Shown here one piece after another: positions 1-7,283 of a DNA stretch of 32,720 bases. The DNA comes from an uncultured Thiotrichaceae bacterium (lineage in GTDB: Bacteria; Pseudomonadota; Gammaproteobacteria; SZUA-229): assembly GCA_964646145.1 (NCBI GenBank), contig CAZYCY010000002.1:1-32720 (forward strand), given 5' to 3'. Positions within the stretch are counted from its first letter, which is position 1. Each line of letters starts with the position of its first letter. A program made the position numbers and the translations under genes. Under the pieces are notes generated by a model. The model was not told the origin of the DNA. It did no database searches and saw only the letters and a list, made by a program, of their open reading frames with translations.

Positions 1-33
1 AAGTTAAGTTTCGTAAGTTATTTGATCCTGAGT

Positions 34-60
34 CCTAAGGATGGAATTAATAGAGCTGCC
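34..60. repeat. Partial copy of REP-like repeat family E (core CCTAAGGATGGAATTAATAGAG)
   Basis: 34-55 is identical (22/22) to 20179-20200, and looser similarity continues for a few more bases. It lies immediately 3' of the minus-strand gene that ends at 62. Confidence 0.6.
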
Positions 61-61
61 C

Positions 62-490
62 TTAATCTAAATCAGCCAAAATTCTTAGGGCTTGCGCTGT
101 CTTTTCATCCACCCCTTCTGGTAAAGACTCACCATGCTGTAAAGATGAAATAGCCACGCCTTGTTCTGGAATTTCAGGCAATTCAAAATGCGTAATCCAG
201 GGCACATTCACCTGAAACATATATGCCCCCTCACCAGCTTCAACTTCTATCATGTGGTACAACATTTCAAATACACTTTCAGCGTATGAAGGCGCAACGG
301 CAACATGCAAAGCATCCATCTCATCCCATTCACGAAGGTCCATCTTGCCGCTTTGGCTGCGGATAGAGACAAATTCTGAGGCCAGCACATGCTCTGACGC
401 CCCCAGAGCCTCTAGTACTTCATGAGATCGACCTCGTGCTAACACACAGACTATTAGTTTGGCTGACTTACAATGCTCTTTAATTAACAC
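62..490 (-). CDS. Second PII-like (ferredoxin-fold) small protein of the DUF1538 cassette, about 142 aa
   Basis: The track ORF 62-649 overlaps the upstream gene, so I trimmed it to the GTG at 490. That GTG is preceded on the coding strand by AAGGGGGA, 5 nt upstream. The translation ...KLIVCVLARGRSHEVLEALGA...LHVAVAPSYAESVFEMLYHMIEV...YMFQVNV has a beta-alpha-beta-beta-alpha-beta pattern like PII. Both the start and the family call are inferences. Confidence 0.55.
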   Translation of the reverse strand: MLIKEHCKSAKLIVCVLARGRSHEVLEALGASEHVLASEFVSIRSQSGKMDLREWDEMDALHVAVAPSYAESVFEMLYHMIEVEAGEGAYMFQVNVPWITHFELPEIPEQGVAISSLQHGESLPEGVDEKTAQALRILADLD

Positions 491-890
491 CGGGTTCCCC
501 CTTATTATATTCTTCGCACTGTTTACGATCCTGATCGATACGTTCCAGTATGGCTGGAGAAATATAAGTGGCAGCTTTGTCCAGCGGCGTAACAAACATG
601 ATGCCCATACCTGGCGTATCAAGCTGGCCTGCTGCAAACATTTCAGCAAATACTTCTTCTTCCTGTTGCTTTGACACCATAATTTGAATCACTTCCTTTT
701 CTGCTTCCACGGTAATGCTTAACAAACCCAATCGCTCACGTACGCCTGCGCCACGACCATAATGCACCGATGCACCCTGCGCCCCTGCAGATCGTGCCGC
801 TGCAATAATCGCGTCACTTTTGCCTTTTTGCACCATGCAGGTAATCAAAGAAACATCTGTTAAAATTGTCATTGATTTTATTTTATCCAT
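480..890 (-). CDS. P-II family nitrogen-regulator-like protein (136 aa)
   Basis: SLITCMVQKGKSDAIIAAARSAGAQGASVHYGRGAG...IQIMVSKQQEEEVFAEMFAAG...GIMFVTPLD matches the PII secondary-structure layout and a T-loop-like GRGAG segment. GGGAGA lies 5 nt upstream of the ATG. The gene starts 17 nt after the DUF1538 stop. Confidence 0.75.
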   Translation of the reverse strand: MDKIKSMTILTDVSLITCMVQKGKSDAIIAAARSAGAQGASVHYGRGAGVRERLGLLSITVEAEKEVIQIMVSKQQEEEVFAEMFAAGQLDTPGMGIMFVTPLDKAATYISPAILERIDQDRKQCEEYNKGEPGVN

Positions 891-907
891 TGATTTCTCC
901 CGTAACC

Positions 908-2605
908 TTACTCAACTATGCTCGGCTGAATACGGTATTTAATCCACAGCCCTGTTATTAATACCGTAATGATGGGACCAATGGATGCCATAGAAAGTAT
1001 CCCAAAACCTTCCACAGCACCAACCGCCGTACCAAGCCCTAATCCCATTGCCAGCACCAATGGCACGGTGATAGGTCCCGTTGTTACCCCCGCACTGTCC
1101 CATGCCACATTAACAAATTCTTCATTTGAGAATATTGTTAGTATCAGAGCAAATAAATACGTAGGAAGCAATAACCAGGCCAATGGCCAATCGAAAATAA
1201 TTCTTAGCACCCCAGTCGCAATACCAAGCCCGACACCGATTGAAACCGCAGTCATCAACGTTTTCTTTTTAAAAGCACCATTGGTTAAACATTCTACGGT
1301 TAAGCCTAAAGCATTTAGCGCAGGTTCAGCCAGGGTAGCACCAAACCCTAAAATAAAAGCGAACGCCAGTGTAATCCCAATACCTAAACTAAACCAATAT
1401 AAAGGTGACCCTTTAATGGCTTCGATATCGGTAAAAGCAGCGGGAATCATTGACCCAGCTTGCCCACCCAATTTCGCTAAACCATAAGTTAGACCAAGGC
1501 TGAAAATAATAATGCCGATTAGTGCAAGCCCCAGACCAAGCAATACAATGCGCGCATTAGGTAAACGCTCACGTAAAATAAAAAACAATACTAGCCCCAG
1601 AAAAATTATTAATGGCACAATTGCTCGCATACCTGAGATTATCTCAAGGTAAGGAGTTTGTTCATACCAAAACGGCTCAACTTCTTTTACTAAATTCACG
1701 CCTGCTAAAATCTCTTCAACCGACACAGTGCTATGAATATAAATCGCTAGCAGTTGTACGCCCATAATTGGAAACAATGAAGCCAGGGTGACAATACCAA
1801 AGCCAGACAAAGACTGGTTGCCACTGCCCGCTGCCGACGCAATACCAATGCCTAACGCCAACACCAAGGGCACGGTAACCGGTCCGGTGGTTACTGCCCC
1901 ACTGTCCCAGGCCAAACCAATGATGTGACTTAACTGTTCATCTTGCATAAGATAAATAGTCAATGCCAGTGTTGGTATAATAGTTAAAAAAATTAAAGGC
2001 TTGAGACTCCAATCATTTAAAAAACGCAGGGTTCCCAGAACCGCCGCTAAACCAACACCGCCACCCACAACCAACACCAAAATACCCACCCAGTCGTTAA
2101 GAATAGTATAAAGATAAGGCACAGTATAAGGATCAATATTCGCTCCTGCCGCCCTCAACGCGCCAATCGCTGGCTCGGCAAAGGTCACACCGATACCAAG
2201 CATGAAAACCACCAGTAATACGATGGGTAAGGTCGATTTTTGTGGCAGCTTATTACCTATTACCTCTCCAAATGGCATTAAACCCAAACGCAAGCCTTCC
2301 ATAAAAAACATCAGCCCAATAATCACGGCAAACAACCCAGCCGTTATCACTCCTGCATCCAATATATGCTGGCGCAAAATCAACATTTGGAACAATGTCA
2401 AATAAATCGCCAACGGCATCACAGCACGAATTTGCCCAAGTACCTTTGTTTTAAGGTATGGCTTAATAAGACGGTAAGCATCCTCCGGTTTGACACGGAA
2501 TTTCTGATACGATGCTTCAGGAGAATTGGTTAATTCATCGTAACTAATTTTAGTGACGATAAAGCGTTCGTGCTGTACTACGTCATGATATAGAACCTTC
2601 TTCAT
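908..2605 (-). CDS. DUF1538 family integral membrane protein, fused two-repeat form (565 aa)
   Basis: The protein is highly hydrophobic and polytopic. It shows a clear internal duplication: AEPAIGALRAAG...WDSGAVTTGPVTVPLVLALGIG in the first half and AEPALNALGLTV...WDSAGVTTGPITVPLVLAMGLG in the second half. These are the motifs I associate with DUF1538. Confidence 0.75.
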   Translation of the reverse strand: MKKVLYHDVVQHERFIVTKISYDELTNSPEASYQKFRVKPEDAYRLIKPYLKTKVLGQIRAVMPLAIYLTLFQMLILRQHILDAGVITAGLFAVIIGLMFFMEGLRLGLMPFGEVIGNKLPQKSTLPIVLLVVFMLGIGVTFAEPAIGALRAAGANIDPYTVPYLYTILNDWVGILVLVVGGGVGLAAVLGTLRFLNDWSLKPLIFLTIIPTLALTIYLMQDEQLSHIIGLAWDSGAVTTGPVTVPLVLALGIGIASAAGSGNQSLSGFGIVTLASLFPIMGVQLLAIYIHSTVSVEEILAGVNLVKEVEPFWYEQTPYLEIISGMRAIVPLIIFLGLVLFFILRERLPNARIVLLGLGLALIGIIIFSLGLTYGLAKLGGQAGSMIPAAFTDIEAIKGSPLYWFSLGIGITLAFAFILGFGATLAEPALNALGLTVECLTNGAFKKKTLMTAVSIGVGLGIATGVLRIIFDWPLAWLLLPTYLFALILTIFSNEEFVNVAWDSAGVTTGPITVPLVLAMGLGLGTAVGAVEGFGILSMASIGPIITVLITGLWIKYRIQPSIVE

Positions 2606-2795
2606 AGAAGTTTTCAGCCTTTTATTATTTCGCTATATTTTATATTATCGTCTGATGGTAGCAAACTTTAAATATTTTTTTATAGGCACAGATCAACTGC
2701 TAATCCGCAAATCAAAATTAGGGAGAATCAGAAAAAAGAATATTAATTGTCCTGCTCAGCTAGCCCGAATATTTTATAGGACTACAAAATTTTGG

Positions 2796-2821
2796 GTAAC
2801 TTCTCAATAAGTCGGGGCAGT
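2796..2821. mobile_element. Solo terminal repeat of MITE family C (GTAACTTCTCAATAAGTCGGGGCAGT)
   Basis: 26/26 identical to the reverse complement of the right end of the complete element (20779-20804). No partner terminus is found within the next several hundred bp. Confidence 0.7.
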
Positions 2822-2899
2822 GGTTACGGATGTGCCGTTTACGGACCTAAGGATGGAGCAGTGGCACACGGATATGCCGTTTACGGACCTAAGGATGGA
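2817..2899. repeat. Two tandem units (41 and 42 bp) of REP-like repeat family E
   Basis: The units are GCAGTGGTTACGGATGTGCCGTTTACGGACCTAAGGATGGA and GCAGTGGCACACGGATATGCCGTTTACGGACCTAAGGATGGA. Unit 2 (2865-2899) matches 20156-20190 at 32/35. Each unit contains the short alternative hairpins ACGG/CCGT. Confidence 0.8.
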
Positions 2900-2960
2900 C
2901 ATAAAAAACCAGCAGCCGAGTATTCGGAAACCAGTTTTTTACACATAACAAGATGGATGG

Positions 2961-3551
2961 CTACTTCATGTTTGCAATCGATGATGCCAGCTCATCCTGA
3001 CCCTTTTCTGCTTTAAATTGTTGCCACAAGGCACTATCGTTTTTCATGCTGGTCTTTAGCGCATTTTGTGTCGCTGTGGCTGCAATGGATGTATCCATGC
3101 CGAGCAATACATATAACGTACCATTTGGGCTGCTGCGAGTTTTATATATTTTAGTACCAACCAGGGTTTCATCAGTAATTTGTTTTGTTACTGAAGTATT
3201 CACTTTATCAACCGTTTCAGTATCAGCCGCGCCTGTGGTTTCAGCATACTGCTTTATCATATTTTGTACATGGACTTTCATTGACTGTGCCAGCTGCACA
3301 CGAGCATCTGTTGCTGCCATGCTTTTCATAAAACTATGTCCGGCGGCTGATTTTTCTGCCACGCCCACAGCTGAAACGGGGATCCCAGCGACCGGTTCAT
3401 CGCATACCCAAGCAGGTGCCGAAGCAAAAGGTGAATCCGGAAATACGCAGTCTGGTGCTGCCTGTTTAATATCATCCGATCCGCTACAGCCAGTTAATGC
3501 CAATATCATGATGGCTAGACCTGTACCGATTAAAGCTGTATTCATTCTCAT
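2961..3551 (-). CDS. LPP20-family lipoprotein (196 aa)
   Basis: Lipobox LALTGC follows a signal peptide. APAWV...SAVGVAE...AATDARVQLAQSMKVHVQN...LYVLLGMD parallels my recollection of Helicobacter Lpp20 (APDWV...ATAKARANLAANL...VFVLVGLD). Confidence 0.65.
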   Translation of the reverse strand: MRMNTALIGTGLAIMILALTGCSGSDDIKQAAPDCVFPDSPFASAPAWVCDEPVAGIPVSAVGVAEKSAAGHSFMKSMAATDARVQLAQSMKVHVQNMIKQYAETTGAADTETVDKVNTSVTKQITDETLVGTKIYKTRSSPNGTLYVLLGMDTSIAATATQNALKTSMKNDSALWQQFKAEKGQDELASSIANMK

Positions 3552-3641
3552 GTTATCATCTCCCTATCTGCTTATTTTGAAAACAATAAATTTAGCTGAA
3601 TTTTCCATTGCTTGCAATAGTATTTTATTGGCCTCAGATCG

Positions 3642-3808
3642 CTAGGAGCTTGTCCGAGAATGGAAACCGTAGCGAAAAATCGAGATTTTTAGTCCAGTTT
3701 TTCGAACATTTGAGGCGAATAGCACCGCTATTTAACGAAAATGTTCGGAAAAATGGGCAAAAATATCGGTTTTGCAGTAGGTTTTTCCATTCTCGGACAA
3801 GCTCCTAG
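3642..3808. mobile_element. MITE-like element, family D (167 bp, 25-bp perfect terminal inverted repeats)
   Basis: CTAGGAGCTTGTCCGAGAATGGAAA at 3642-3666 is the exact reverse complement of 3784-3808. The interior holds further inverted segments (TTCGAACATTT / AAATGTTCGGAA). The outermost CTAG could equally be a palindromic 4-bp target duplication. There is no coding capacity. Confidence 0.7.
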
Positions 3809-3880
3809 TCAAAACTATGCACTTTAGTGCAAGGCTTTAGCTGCTACACATTTTTTAGTGGGCATTGATATCTTTTCAAT

Positions 3881-3929
3881 TCACCATGAAGCGCATGAAG
3901 GCATAAGATCTTCATGTCCTTCATGGTGA
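3881..3929. repeat. Long imperfect palindrome 3' of dsbA (possible terminator or REP)
   Basis: TCACCATGAAGcgCATGAAG, a 9-nt loop, then CTTCATGtcCTTCATGGTGA gives 11 + 7 bp of pairing around a 2-nt mismatch. No U-tract follows on either strand. Confidence 0.5.
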
Positions 3930-4010
3930 TATTTATCTGGCTTATGATATTCAGTGCCCAGTTAAAGCAAAATGACTTTCAGTCGTTGTTTAGAGCAACC
4001 TAGGGGACTT

Positions 4011-4637
4011 TCAGTCCATAGTGGTTGAGTTGGATTCTTTTACAGCCAAATACTCGGCAATCTTAATCATGTTGTCAAAAGACCCTGCCATTGACCCACT
4101 GATCAAGTATTTGCCATTTACCACAACAGAAGGCACACCCTCAAGTTGAAATGCTTTCACTTTCTTTTTCGCTTTCCTCACCATGCTATTAACGGCAAAG
4201 GAATCATATTCTTCAAGGAATTTTTTTCTGTCGACACCTTTTCCTTCTACAAAATCAGCAATACGTGCTTTTGTGTCCAAACGTTTTTTGTCATTATGGA
4301 TTGCACTAAAAATTTCTCCATGAATATCTTCAATAACACCCATATTACTCAAGGCATAATAAGCGCGTGCCTGTACTTCCCATTCAGGACGAAAGATTGC
4401 AGGCACACGAACTACTTCAATATTTGCTGGTTTTGTTTTTTTCCACGCATTTATATAGGGTTCAAAAGAATAGCAATGCGGACAGCCATACCAGAAAAAC
4501 TCTAATACTTCTATTTTGTCACCGCTACTGGTTTGCTGTGCCGGCAGCTTTTTGTAGTGTACGCCTTCTTGAAAGTCTGCCGCATGCAAGAACGCTGAAT
4601 TAACCAGCAAAAACACTAAAATCATTAACTTCTTCAT
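4011..4637 (-). CDS. dsbA: Thiol:disulfide interchange protein DsbA (208 aa)
   Basis: Signal peptide plus the active site WYGCPHCYSFEP, with typical DsbA length and a C-terminal VPSVVVNGKY segment. Confidence 0.9.
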   Translation of the reverse strand: MKKLMILVFLLVNSAFLHAADFQEGVHYKKLPAQQTSSGDKIEVLEFFWYGCPHCYSFEPYINAWKKTKPANIEVVRVPAIFRPEWEVQARAYYALSNMGVIEDIHGEIFSAIHNDKKRLDTKARIADFVEGKGVDRKKFLEEYDSFAVNSMVRKAKKKVKAFQLEGVPSVVVNGKYLISGSMAGSFDNMIKIAEYLAVKESNSTTMD

Positions 4638-4671
4638 AAGCTGTCCATCTTAATTTATTGTTTGTTTTTTT

Positions 4672-4840
4672 GTAACTACTCAGCGTAATTTTGGAAAAGG
4701 ACGCAGGTTATTGATTTTTAAGGACGCTGTAAATACGTCCCCATGTTTGCTTACTTGGCGCTCTACTGCAACATCCATGTTGCAGATGCCTGAAAAATCA
4801 ATAACCTGCGTCCTTTTCCAAAATTACGCTGAGTAGTTAC
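4672..4840. mobile_element. MITE family A, intact copy (169 bp, 48-bp perfect terminal inverted repeats, 8-bp TSD)
   Basis: GTAACTACTCAGCGTAATTTTGGAAAAGGACGCAGGTTATTGATTTTT at 4672-4719 is the exact reverse complement of 4793-4840. It is flanked by identical GTTTTTTT at 4664-4671 and 4841-4848. An internal hairpin CTGCAACAT/ATGTTGCAG is present. A second copy sits at 20228-20554. Confidence 0.9.
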
Positions 4841-4868
4841 GTTTTTTTAGGGATTAATAACTGAAATA

Positions 4869-6224
4869 TTAAGGCACCACAGTATCTATAATAATATTTA
4901 TTGTGCTATTTGTTTTGTTATTTGTTTTGTTATTTAGGTATTCATTCCTACCAATATAATCACCGCTTTGCGCCAGTGCGGTCCCTGATTTTGTCACCCT
5001 TGCAGAGATCACTAGCTGCTCAAAAGCACTTATATTCATGCCTTCCACCATTGCCATGCTGTCATCCAGCACCACTGTTGCAGGTAGTTCAGCCAGTGTT
5101 ATACGTTGCGCAGCTAAAGGCATTCCTGAACCCTGCTTTGCTTTAGCGTAAACGAAGACCGCATCGTTTGCATTAAATTTATTTCTCACTTCATCACTGA
5201 TATTTACCGTAACATTTAAGCTCTTCATTGCTGTAGAAGCTACTAATTCAGGCTGATCTGTTGTTTCTGCCTCTGCTATCGAAACAGCTTCTGATGTCAT
5301 ACCCAAGCCGGCATCAGCTGTTGTGGTCATACCCAGTATTGTTTCTAGCTCTGGCATGTCTTCACCCGCAGCAATGAGTTCCAGACGTGAACGGGAAATC
5401 ATAGCAATGATTGACTGTATCATCTCTTCATCATCGCGAACTACTGGTAACAACGCCAGCAAATGATCAATTGCAGGTCGATAATTATTTGCCTGATATT
5501 CTGCAACGCCGACAAACCATAACGCATTTATATTTTCAGGCTCCAGCGCATAAGCCTTAAGCACCAACTCGCGTGACTGGGCATCAAACATTCGATTATT
5601 ATTGACTGCCATCATTTCAGCCAGCTCAAGCATCAACGCCACATTATTTCTATCATGCTGCCGAGCGACAACAAAAGCTTTTTCTGCCTGCACATACTCG
5701 CCCATATGCTTATGCGCTCTTGCCAGCATTACCCAGTCCTGTGCAGTACCGCCATCCCGCTCAATTCGTGCTTGTAGCTGTTTGGTTAAATCCTCAATTG
5801 AAGCGGGCTGCTGCGGCTGTTGCTGACTAGCTACAAAGGCCGCGTCAGTTGCTGAAGGCATACCTAACTGAAAATAAATCATGATTGACATAGCAGGGAC
5901 AAAAATAGCAAGAATTAATATTAATGCTGGCTGTTTTTTTACTATACCGTCGGCAACCTTGTTCTCGACCTCACCATCGTCGCTGGGAATATCTATAAGC
6001 AGTTCTCTCTTAAGCTCTTCTTGTGCGGCTTCATACGAAGGCTGGTCAATCCGCCCTTCTGCTAAATCCAGCTCTAGTTCTTCGAGCTTTCCATGGTTTA
6101 TGCTCAGGTTGCTTTCCCTATACGCAATGCTTGAAATTTTGCGTTGCTTTAGAACAGGATAAGCAAGCAGAGCTATAGCAAGCAATAACATTAAAATGAT
6201 AAGAATCCAAAATGTTATACTCAT
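4869..6224 (-). CDS. ccmI: Cytochrome c-type biogenesis protein CcmI/CycH (TPR protein, 451 aa)
   Basis: N-terminal TM, a second TM, a TPR-like central region, and its position as last gene of the ccm operon. There is a 4-nt ATGA overlap with ccmH. Confidence 0.8.
   Translation of the reverse strand: MSITFWILIILMLLLAIALLAYPVLKQRKISSIAYRESNLSINHGKLEELELDLAEGRIDQPSYEAAQEELKRELLIDIPSDDGEVENKVADGIVKKQPALILILAIFVPAMSIMIYFQLGMPSATDAAFVASQQQPQQPASIEDLTKQLQARIERDGGTAQDWVMLARAHKHMGEYVQAEKAFVVARQHDRNNVALMLELAEMMAVNNNRMFDAQSRELVLKAYALEPENINALWFVGVAEYQANNYRPAIDHLLALLPVVRDDEEMIQSIIAMISRSRLELIAAGEDMPELETILGMTTTADAGLGMTSEAVSIAEAETTDQPELVASTAMKSLNVTVNISDEVRNKFNANDAVFVYAKAKQGSGMPLAAQRITLAELPATVVLDDSMAMVEGMNISAFEQLVISARVTKSGTALAQSGDYIGRNEYLNNKTNNKTNSTINIIIDTVVP
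4907..4935. repeat. 12-bp in-frame tandem repeat (about 2.4 units) at the 3' end of ccmI
   Basis: TATTTGTTTTGT occurs at 4907-4918 and again at 4919-4930, followed by a partial unit. It encodes the NNKTNNKTN segment near the CcmI C-terminus. Confidence 0.8.
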
Positions 6225-6715
6225 TTTTGTTCACCGCTCTGCTCATGCAGTTTATTGATATGCTCTAGATCGTTATCACTTAAACGTTCAACTGGCGGTT
6301 TTTCAGATTGCGCCCTCATAAAACGTACGGCAAACACGATAAATAATATAAAGGCGATGCCCGGACCAAACCATAACAACCAGGTTTTAGGTTCAAATGG
6401 CGGCCTGTATAACACAAAATCACCATAGCGTTGCACCATAAAGTCGGTGATTTCTGTTTCAGACCTGCCTTCTTTTAACATGGTATAGACTTTATTGCGC
6501 AGATCTTGCGCCAGTTGTGCATTTGATTCGGAAATATTCTGATTCTGACAAACCACGCAGCGTATTTCTTCAATTATTTTATGAAATAGTCTTTCCTGTT
6601 CAGACGTGTCAAACTCATAGGTTGCAAAGGGAGCTGCGATTGCCACTGATGGCACAAAAACCAAACCCGGTATTAATAAAACAGATAGTAATAAAATTGA
6701 AATTAATTTGCTCAT
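6221..6715 (-). CDS. ccmH: Cytochrome c-type biogenesis protein CcmH (164 aa)
   Basis: Signal peptide, the IRCVVCQNQNI (CXXC) motif, DFMVQRYGDFVLYRPP, and one C-terminal TM. Confidence 0.9.
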   Translation of the reverse strand: MSKLISILLLSVLLIPGLVFVPSVAIAAPFATYEFDTSEQERLFHKIIEEIRCVVCQNQNISESNAQLAQDLRNKVYTMLKEGRSETEITDFMVQRYGDFVLYRPPFEPKTWLLWFGPGIAFILFIVFAVRFMRAQSEKPPVERLSDNDLEHINKLHEQSGEQK

Positions 6716-6720
6716 TATAT

Positions 6721-7266
6721 TCAGCCTTCTGTGTGCAATAAGGCCATAACAGCCAGTAACTCATCCAGTTTTTCCCTGTTAGTTAAAGGACCGACAACCT
6801 TATGCCTTATTATACCGTTCTTATCAATCAAAAATGTTTCTGGTGTAGCGGTAACGCCCCACTCAATTCCTGCGCGACCATTATGATCAAACGCGACAAC
6901 CCTGTAGGGATTACCCAGCCTTGCCAACCACCTCTTGGCATCTTCCTTCTCGTCTCTATAATTTAAACCGATAACACGGACACCGTTGCGAGTTAGCGCC
7001 TTAAACACGTCATGTTCCTGACGACAGGAAATACACCAGCTTGCCCAGAAATTCACCAGTGTTACCTCACCGATCAGATCCTTATTTGAAAAACTACCCT
7101 GCTCTAACAGCAAAGGCACTTCGAACACGGGCACAGGTTTACCAATTAATGGTGAAGGTAACAGTTTTGGGTTAAGCGTTAAACCAACAGCAAGCAACAC
7201 TACCAGTGCCATAAATATTATAAGTGGCAGGAACCGTTTCAACAAAGATGACTGTGTATTTTCCAT
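6721..7266 (-). CDS. ccmG: Thiol:disulfide oxidoreductase CcmG/DsbE (181 aa)
   Basis: N-terminal anchor, thioredoxin motif NFWASWCISC, and GVTATPETFLIDKNGIIRHK. Confidence 0.9.
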   Translation of the reverse strand: MENTQSSLLKRFLPLIIFMALVVLLAVGLTLNPKLLPSPLIGKPVPVFEVPLLLEQGSFSNKDLIGEVTLVNFWASWCISCRQEHDVFKALTRNGVRVIGLNYRDEKEDAKRWLARLGNPYRVVAFDHNGRAGIEWGVTATPETFLIDKNGIIRHKVVGPLTNREKLDELLAVMALLHTEG

Positions 7267-7283
7267 CGTATTTTAATAACCAA

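Noticed and set aside
491-649. N-terminal 53 aa of track ORF 62-649
   Set aside because: This part overlaps the upstream PII gene in another frame. The GTG at 490 has a strong AAGGGGGA Shine-Dalgarno sequence and begins right at the first beta-strand of the PII-like fold.
969-1487. Antisense or overlapping track ORFs inside confirmed genes (for example 969-1487, 3046-3645, 4146-4505, 5881-6162, 11056-11385, 14607-14912, 19154-19552, 21789-22073, 24010-24300, 27651-27869, 29265-29558, 31811-32095)
   Set aside because: Each lies wholly within a well-supported gene on the opposite strand or in another frame. They have low-complexity or atypical composition and resemble no family I recognise.
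2817-2899. Possible CRISPR array
   Set aside because: There are only two directly abutting units with no spacers, other copies are dispersed singly, and no cas genes are present. It behaves as a REP-like repeat.
2792-3016. 74-aa plus-strand ORF (MGNFSISRGSGYGCAVYGPKDGAVAHGYAVYGPKDG...)
   Set aside because: It starts at a TTG and merely translates the solo MITE terminus and the two tandem REP-like units, hence the duplicated AVYGPKDG. It then runs antisense into the 3' end of the lipoprotein gene, and it has no ribosome-binding site.
3608-3808. 66-aa plus-strand ORF
   Set aside because: It lies almost entirely inside MITE D and ends exactly at its terminus, so it is an artefact of the element's sequence.
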